Origin: an uncultured Planctomycetales bacterium
GTDB lineage: Bacteria; Omnitrophota; Gorgyraeia; Zapsychrales; Fredricksoniimonadaceae
Direction: 5' to 3'
Assembly (NCBI GenBank): GCA_964572155.1
Contig: CAZNDZ010000001.1
Span: 412,630 to 476,629 of the forward strand
Length of the DNA stretch: 64,000 bases
The translations under genes and the position numbers were made by a program. This document shows positions 58,418 to 64,000 of the stretch, piece by piece. Each line of letters opens with the position of its first letter. Positions within the stretch are counted from its first letter, which is position 1. A model generated the notes under the pieces. It was not told the origin of the DNA and searched no databases. It saw nothing but the letters and a program-made list of their open reading frames with translations.

Positions 58418-59101
58418 TTATAAAGCCCTTATGTGAAGCGTAAGTTCCTGTAATGAAATATTGGGATTGCTTTCTAGACGTTTTAAAGTTTCTGCCAGTG
58501 CGGCGTAGTCTTGCTGTAAGCTTGCGATGACATTATACGACGGGTTAGCGCCTAAAATGTCTTGGTAAATCTTTGATGTGGCGATGAATTGAAGGGTTTG
58601 CTTAGGATCTTCGGCTAAAGTAATTTGCATGAGCTTGACCGCTTGGGTGATCTGATGTGCTTCCAAATACATGAGGCTAAGGCTGACATTGTTATAAAAA
58701 TACGTCGGGTTTAAATAAAATGACTTTTGAAAACTATCAAAGGCTTTTGCCCGATCGCCCTGTTTGTAATAACAAAATCCAAGCAGCGTATAACTTTCTG
58801 CCATCCAAGGCATGGCTTCGCTTAATTGTTGGTAATAATCGACGAGCTCGGGTGATTGAAAAGGGGTTTGTGCGTTTATGTTTGCATCCATAAATGTTTG
58901 ATACATTGCGGTTGTTGGCAAACTCATGTTGAGTTTTTTAATGGCGGTGTCATTCTTTTTTTCCATCAATTTGCGCGTTACTAACGAGGATGAGGTGGCG
59001 TTTGGCGCAGGCAGGGGGCGTTTTAACCAAAAAACAGCGATCACACATAAGCAGATCCAGACGAGGGGCAGCGCAATATATTTTTTACTTGGGATTTGCA
59101 T
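58418..59101 (-). CDS. membrane-anchored TPR-repeat protein
   Basis: N-terminal TM segment plus TPR repeats; 227 aa. Confidence 0.45.
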   Translation of the reverse strand: MQIPSKKYIALPLVWICLCVIAVFWLKRPLPAPNATSSSLVTRKLMEKKNDTAIKKLNMSLPTTAMYQTFMDANINAQTPFQSPELVDYYQQLSEAMPWMAESYTLLGFCYYKQGDRAKAFDSFQKSFYLNPTYFYNNVSLSLMYLEAHQITQAVKLMQITLAEDPKQTLQFIATSKIYQDILGANPSYNVIASLQQDYAALAETLKRLESNPNISLQELTLHIRAL

Positions 59102-59124
59102 ATTTCTTTTTATAATACCACCAT

Positions 59125-60498
59125 ATGAAACGACCGTGGGTTTGGACAGTGCTGTGTTTAAGTGCCGTGTGGGTTTTTTACAACGCTGTTTTTTCTGGCA
59201 CTATCCTTTATTTTGATGCGTTTAGTTATGATAGCTTGGGGCATTTAATAACTCAAGGAAAGTTTGCCGACTATTTGAGGCATGGGCCAACCCGCGAGCC
59301 ACTTTATCCCATCTTTGTAGCTCTTAACATGTCCTTGGCACAGTTCCTTCATCTGCCCTACACACAAATTTTGTTATTAACCCAAGGTTTGATTTTATTG
59401 ATCACGCAACTGATGTTGGCTCGCATTTTTGAGCGCATCAAACTTGCCGATGCGGCAGCGGCATTGTTGCTTGCCTATTTTGTGATATCTCCGACGGTGA
59501 TAAGATCATCGCTAATCGTTTATTCTGAAATCATCACCTACCCGTTGATGGTCTTGGTCTGTTGGGTATCGATCAACGCATGGCAAAGTAAGATCAACAT
59601 ACAAGCAAAGCACGCAGCATATCTGGGCTTTAGTTTCTTGCCGTTGGTTTTTACAAAAGGTATCTTTGAAATCATCGCCCCACTGTATATTGTTCTATTT
59701 TTCTTATGTCTAAGCCGTCGTTGTTCTCCAAAACGCACGATGATCTTTGCTATCATTGCGCTCGGATGTTTTTTAATCCCTGTAAATGCCTATAAGCTCC
59801 TAAATAAAATGTCACATGGTCATTTTACCTTTACCAGCCGCGGCAGTGCTGCCCTATACGGATCTGCATCCCGACGAGTTTTACCGACTAGTCCCCAAGA
59901 AGATTTAGCTCAAAAGCTTTATGTCTTCCCAGATAAATTATTTTGCCAAGCACGCGTTGGTCAGGCCGCGTGTGATCATTGGTTTTATGCATTGTCAGAT
60001 CAGCTAGGCGGTGTCAAAGAGGTGGCTTTGCGACAAATCTATACCTCGACGGCAGCGGTAGATAAGGCATTAACACATCAAGCTCTTCATTTAATGTTGC
60101 AGCATCCTATTAAAACGATCAATGGCATGTTCTGGGAGGGAGCTAAATTATTATTCTGGGAATATCCGTCGTGGGGTATGGTGATCTTGCCGCGCGATGT
60201 TAGGCAATTTTATGACCAGCCAATCTTATACCCAATGTTCCTTTATGGTGTAAATGGTATGAGCGTATTGTTTTTCTTGAGCGCTTTTATTTGTGTTGTT
60301 TTTAATTGGCGTAAATTTTTGAGTGCCAAAACAGAGGCTTTAAATTTTTTAGTATTGTCATTTGGTTTGAGCTTTATTTATATCGTGATGCATTCGCTTT
60401 TCTTTTTAAACGAACGCAATGCCTTACCCCTTGTACCTGTCTTCCTATTAATGTATGGCGCTTTCATAAAAAGTGCATTTCAAGCAAGGTCCACATGA
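59125..60498 (+). CDS. GT-C-fold glycosyltransferase (ArnT/PMT family 39/83-like) membrane protein
   Basis: About 12 TM helices; the first periplasmic loop with FDAFSYDSLGH...REPLYPIFVAL resembles the PMT/ArnT signature region. Confidence 0.45.
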   Translation: MKRPWVWTVLCLSAVWVFYNAVFSGTILYFDAFSYDSLGHLITQGKFADYLRHGPTREPLYPIFVALNMSLAQFLHLPYTQILLLTQGLILLITQLMLARIFERIKLADAAAALLLAYFVISPTVIRSSLIVYSEIITYPLMVLVCWVSINAWQSKINIQAKHAAYLGFSFLPLVFTKGIFEIIAPLYIVLFFLCLSRRCSPKRTMIFAIIALGCFLIPVNAYKLLNKMSHGHFTFTSRGSAALYGSASRRVLPTSPQEDLAQKLYVFPDKLFCQARVGQAACDHWFYALSDQLGGVKEVALRQIYTSTAAVDKALTHQALHLMLQHPIKTINGMFWEGAKLLFWEYPSWGMVILPRDVRQFYDQPILYPMFLYGVNGMSVLFFLSAFICVVFNWRKFLSAKTEALNFLVLSFGLSFIYIVMHSLFFLNERNALPLVPVFLLMYGAFIKSAFQARST

Positions 60499-60770
60499 AC
60501 CCTTTAAAAGCGTATGAAGCGTGGCAGCAAAAACAGCATGAACAATGGGAAGCCAAGTGCGGTCGCTGTGGTGCTTGTTGTGGAGCATTCGACGGCGACC
60601 CTTGTGAACACTTGCGCAAAGGGGATCAAGGCTATTTTTGTCAAATATACGACACCCGTTTTGGCTTACACAAGACCGTGAGTGGGAAAGACATCAACTG
60701 TGTGCCTATTCGAAAGATTTTACATTCAAAATGGCCTGGGGACGAGTGTTGTAGATATAAAAAGACATGA
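60495..60770 (+). CDS. small Cys-rich protein, CxxCxxCC (YkgJ/UPF0153-like) putative Fe/Zn-binding
   Basis: CGRCGACCG...C...C pattern; 91 aa; translationally coupled to the GT-C gene. Confidence 0.45.
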   Translation: MNPLKAYEAWQQKQHEQWEAKCGRCGACCGAFDGDPCEHLRKGDQGYFCQIYDTRFGLHKTVSGKDINCVPIRKILHSKWPGDECCRYKKT

Positions 60771-60780
60771 TCATAACGTA

Positions 60781-60830
60781 CCGGGGATTGTGTTGTGTAA
60801 TGGGGTTCTTCGTAAAGGAAGGTTTAATCA
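60781..60830 (+). pseudogene. orphan fragment homologous to the 3' end of the LamG gene (copy of 61739..61789)
   Basis: CCGGGGATTGTGTTGTGTAATGGGGTTCTTCGTAAAGGAAGGTTTAATCA versus CCGGGGATTGTGCTACGTAATGGGGTGGTTCGGAATGGGAGGATTAATCA. In frame it encodes PGIVLCNGVLRKGRFNQ. Confidence 0.4.
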
Positions 60831-60928
60831 ATTATTCCGTCAATTAATATGAACGATTCATCAACCGTAGCATTGACAATGGGCATACAATGTAGGAAGC
60901 TTGCGAAGATTTATTTAGGATGTGAGCA

Positions 60929-61792
60929 ATGAAAAAATCTATGCCTAACCAACCAACCAATGTAGATTTTGTAATACAAAAAACCATCTGTAGAGACGCG
61001 ATTTCCGCCGGAGAAGGATCAGCCTTTCGCTGGTATCGTGTCTTTCTTATGGTGGCCCTTTTGGTGAATATTATTTTTTGTCGTATTCCCAATGCCCATG
61101 CAGATTTGCGTAACGGTTTGGTTGGGTGGTGGAAGTTTGACGAGGTAAGCGGAAATGCCATTGATTCTAGTGGGCAGAGTAATACGGGGACACCGAATGG
61201 AACAACAATAGCTTCTAATTGCAAAAAGAGGGGATGTCGTCAGTTTAATGGGACTAGTGATTATATCAACTTGGGCACAATACTCCCGTCTACGCAATCA
61301 ACGATGTCAATTTCTGCTTGGATAAAATGGGATGGTGGTGGCAGCGGGTTAATGCGCGTGATAGGTCGAAAGAACAATGCCCAAATCAATTGGGCGTATG
61401 GTTTAGTCGTAAACACTGCAGGAAGCATTACTTTTGAGCGAGCTAGAAATACCTTAGCTGTTGGGGATAATTCTATAACCAGCTCAGAAACTCTTGTTGC
61501 TAATCAGTGGTTTCACATCGTATGTGTACAGCAAAGCGACACTGCTTTAAGTATTTTTGTGAATGGTACGCGTACGGATAAAGTGGTAACAACTGGAACA
61601 TGGACACCAGATGCAGGTGAATCGCTTTATATAGGAAGATTTAGTTCGTCAATAACACAATATTTCTCTGGATTTATGGACGATGTCCGAATTTACAACC
61701 GCGCGTTGACCGCTCAAGAGGTGTATGATCTTTATATCCCGGGGATTGTGCTACGTAATGGGGTGGTTCGGAATGGGAGGATTAATCAGTAA
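60929..61792 (+). CDS. LamG-like (concanavalin A-like lectin/glucanase) domain protein
   Basis: LVGWWKFDEVSGNAIDSSG...WFHIV...DDVRIYNRAL matches the Laminin_G_3 pattern; N-terminal TM/signal. Confidence 0.65.
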   Translation: MKKSMPNQPTNVDFVIQKTICRDAISAGEGSAFRWYRVFLMVALLVNIIFCRIPNAHADLRNGLVGWWKFDEVSGNAIDSSGQSNTGTPNGTTIASNCKKRGCRQFNGTSDYINLGTILPSTQSTMSISAWIKWDGGGSGLMRVIGRKNNAQINWAYGLVVNTAGSITFERARNTLAVGDNSITSSETLVANQWFHIVCVQQSDTALSIFVNGTRTDKVVTTGTWTPDAGESLYIGRFSSSITQYFSGFMDDVRIYNRALTAQEVYDLYIPGIVLRNGVVRNGRINQ

Positions 61793-61884
61793 AAGAATAC
61801 AGTTTTTAGATAGCGCTACCTTGAAAAGTGCTAAAAATAGGATATACTTCAAGAGTAGTCAGAAAACGCTCTTTTTAGCAGTTA

Positions 61885-61975
61885 AACGATAAAGGCAAAC
61901 CCAGAGTAATCTGGGGACGCAAAGCCATGGATCCTTATAAGTCTCAAGGACAGCCAGGTTACCGAAACCGCAAGC
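61885..61975 (+). promoter_or_regulatory. c-di-GMP-I (GEMM) riboswitch aptamer
   Basis: GGCAAACC-[CCCAGA GTAA TCTGGG hairpin with GNRA loop]-GACGCAAAGCC-[P3 hairpin TCCTT...AAGGA]-GCCAGGTTACCGA. Matches the GEMM consensus blocks GGCAAACC / GGACGCAAAGCC / CC.GGUUACCG. About 70 nt of expression platform precedes ATG 62043. Confidence 0.75.
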
Positions 61976-62042
61976 TTTTTATGCCCCTTGGGTTTGTAAG
62001 GTAATCCCTGCTGTCTATGAATGGACCTGGCAGGAGAGGGAT

Positions 62043-63560
62043 ATGAAAAGTTTCGTTGCAGGTTTAATTGTTATCACAGTGCTGATTGTTGACATCTTTC
62101 CATTACGCGCTCAAGTTCAACCTGGATTTAACGTTGACCCCGCGGTCATCAAATGGTTGGATCACAACGTAAGTCCTGTTACCAAACTTCCTTATAGTTT
62201 CTATATCCCCAAACAACATCAGCATCAAATCTTTCAACAAATGGATGATGGTGGTCTCGTCAATGGCATCATCGAACGCATGATCACCCATAAAGGCCTC
62301 GATATTTACGACGGGGCTGTTTATCAAATTGTTCAAACCATGCTTGCAGGTGTTAACAATATTAAGCAAGCACAACTACCTTTAGAATATTATTGGGATG
62401 GCGCTGTTGGTGAGATGTGGAATGTGCGCGCCGGTTATCCAATTAGCAATTACATTTATGATGCTGCCAATCCAAGCCGCGTGAGCTCAAATATTAATGC
62501 ATTGGGACAACGTGGTTTCATCTTTCGTATTATTAATGCGGATGGTGAGTATTTAGTTACCGACCCCAAGAATGGTCAAAAGACATTTGCTGGTTTCCCC
62601 CAAGAAGATCGTTTGCACTGGGTTGATTGGAAGCCCGTTGCCGGTGAAAATGCGTGGGTCGCCATTGCTGCCATGCAGTTATATCACCAAAAATATTTTG
62701 ATAAGGAAAAAGGTGTTTATGTTTCTAATCCCCAGAGCGTTGAACTGAAACTAGCCAAAGAAATAGCCCGTGCAGCCATGATCTTGCAAGCTGATTGCGG
62801 CGGCATCCGTATGGCGCCATTGGGAACATTTCGTAATTTAGACGCAAGCGAGGCAAGAGATTTTACAACCACCAATTGGTGGTTTAATCATATCTCAACA
62901 GAAAACAACATTTCATGGTACGCTGCCTTTCGCATGTTGTATCAGGTGACAGGTGATGAGGTATATAAGAAAGCCATGCAAGGCATTGAAAAATATATGC
63001 TTTTTGTCTGGGATAAAGATAAAGGATACTTTCATCAAGGTGCGTATCAAGTTTCAGGGTGGTGGAAGAAAAGCACAGAGCAATTTGCTTTAGATGTGCA
63101 AACATGGGCGATTTGCGCGTTTGGACCTGGGCAAATTGATGCGTGGTTGGGTGAAGGAGCAGCAATGCGTTTGTGGCAAATCTCGAAAGAGCGCTCAGGA
63201 GTTTTTAATGCACAAGGCCAAATTCAAGGAGTTGGTTTTACCGATGAACATGATCGTTTATCTGTGGAGTGGACCGCAGGTGCAATGACAGCGTTGGATG
63301 CGATGAGCAAGTATTATCAAGAAAGCAGCCCTGAATTATCGCAACTTGCTCAAAATGATCGATTAAGCATGCGCCGTAGCATTGAAGCACTACGTGCAAC
63401 GCTGCCAGAGGGTCAAGCGGCGTATAGCTATTCCTCAAAACGCGGATGGATTCCATTTGGCTGGAATTCACACGTTCCCGAAGTCATGAGCCTTGCATCA
63501 ACGGGCTGGATGGTCTTTGTTGATGCGGGGGTCAATCCATTCTGGTTATTAAAAAATTGA
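62043..63560 (+). CDS. secreted protein of unknown function (possibly alpha/alpha-toroid glycoside-hydrolase-like)
   Basis: Signal peptide; 505 aa; aromatic-rich helical repeats (ENAWVAIAAMQLY, NNISWYAAFRML, QTWAICAFG). The functional call is speculative. Confidence 0.45.
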   Translation: MKSFVAGLIVITVLIVDIFPLRAQVQPGFNVDPAVIKWLDHNVSPVTKLPYSFYIPKQHQHQIFQQMDDGGLVNGIIERMITHKGLDIYDGAVYQIVQTMLAGVNNIKQAQLPLEYYWDGAVGEMWNVRAGYPISNYIYDAANPSRVSSNINALGQRGFIFRIINADGEYLVTDPKNGQKTFAGFPQEDRLHWVDWKPVAGENAWVAIAAMQLYHQKYFDKEKGVYVSNPQSVELKLAKEIARAAMILQADCGGIRMAPLGTFRNLDASEARDFTTTNWWFNHISTENNISWYAAFRMLYQVTGDEVYKKAMQGIEKYMLFVWDKDKGYFHQGAYQVSGWWKKSTEQFALDVQTWAICAFGPGQIDAWLGEGAAMRLWQISKERSGVFNAQGQIQGVGFTDEHDRLSVEWTAGAMTALDAMSKYYQESSPELSQLAQNDRLSMRRSIEALRATLPEGQAAYSYSSKRGWIPFGWNSHVPEVMSLASTGWMVFVDAGVNPFWLLKN

Positions 63561-63610
63561 TCAAAATATTGACACCTATTAAATTATTTGTATAATCACA
63601 TGCGAATATC

Positions 63611-64000
63611 ATGTTAAGCAAAACAAGTACCCAAGTCATTAATGCGTTGGTTGAATTAGCTAAGTTGCCGGAAGGTGAGTGGGCTGGGGCAAAGAGCATT
63701 GCTCAAAAAATTCATGCCCCGCAAAATTATTTAGGAAAAGTTTTACAAAGCTTATGTGTGCATGATATTGTTATTTCACAAAGAGGTATGGGTGGCGGGT
63801 TTAGGTTAGGTCGTCCACCAGAAGAAATATCGCTCTATGATATTGTCGAACCCCTTGATAATGTGACGCTTTGGTCAGATTGTGCGATGGGTTTAAAAAA
63901 ATGTTCAGATGCATCACCATGTATGGTGCACGATGGCTGGAAACAAGTGCGCAATGCCTACTATAAGTTTTTAAAGACGACGAGCATTGCGGATTTAGTA
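63611..64000 (+). CDS. Rrf2-family transcriptional regulator (IscR/NsrR-like), 3'-truncated by window edge
   Basis: N-terminal wHTH (AQNYLGKVLQSLCVHDIVISQRGMGGGFRL) and a three-Cys cluster (CAMGLKKCSDASPC). Confidence 0.75.
   Translation, partial: MLSKTSTQVINALVELAKLPEGEWAGAKSIAQKIHAPQNYLGKVLQSLCVHDIVISQRGMGGGFRLGRPPEEISLYDIVEPLDNVTLWSDCAMGLKKCSDASPCMVHDGWKQVRNAYYKFLKTTSIADLV

Overview
This 64-kb window reads as chromosomal DNA from a diderm (Gram-negative-type) bacterium at roughly 45% GC, probably a poorly characterised lineage. The diderm call rests on an LptE/BamD-like pair, an LpxL-family acyltransferase, Lnt, an OprM-family outer-membrane factor and an OMP beta-barrel. Most of the window is dense, mostly + strand housekeeping: purQ-purM-purD, a tsaC::LMW-PTP fusion, rpiB, glyA, nrdR, cca, miaA-hflX, rpsT, murJ, uvrC, ychF, prfB (classic +1 frameshift), secA, lnt, purN, ftsH-like, eno, ftsB, and a marR-acrA-acrB-oprM efflux operon.

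Five things stand out beyond routine annotation:
- An initiator tRNA-fMet(CAU) gene is split by a 243-nt group I intron with recognisable R/S core elements. Within ~600 bp downstream lie a duplicated copy of the tRNA 3' end plus terminator, and a free-standing Hjc-like PD-(D/E)XK nuclease ORF. This arrangement resembles the cyanobacterial tRNA-fMet intron / I-Ssp6803I homing-endonuclease system.
- Two paralogous ~785-aa secreted proteins share N- and C-terminal domains of unknown family. One is translationally coupled to a degenerate arginase-fold protein.
- tRNA-Phe and tRNA-Thr both carry a non-canonical A18/G55 elbow covariation in place of G18/U55.
- A c-di-GMP-I (GEMM) riboswitch lies upstream of a secreted protein, next to a TPR/GT-C/LamG surface-glycan cluster.
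- An ECF sigma / anti-sigma / Spy-CpxP-like envelope-stress module is bracketed by the two unusual tRNAs.

No CRISPR arrays, rRNA, transposases or integrases were found.
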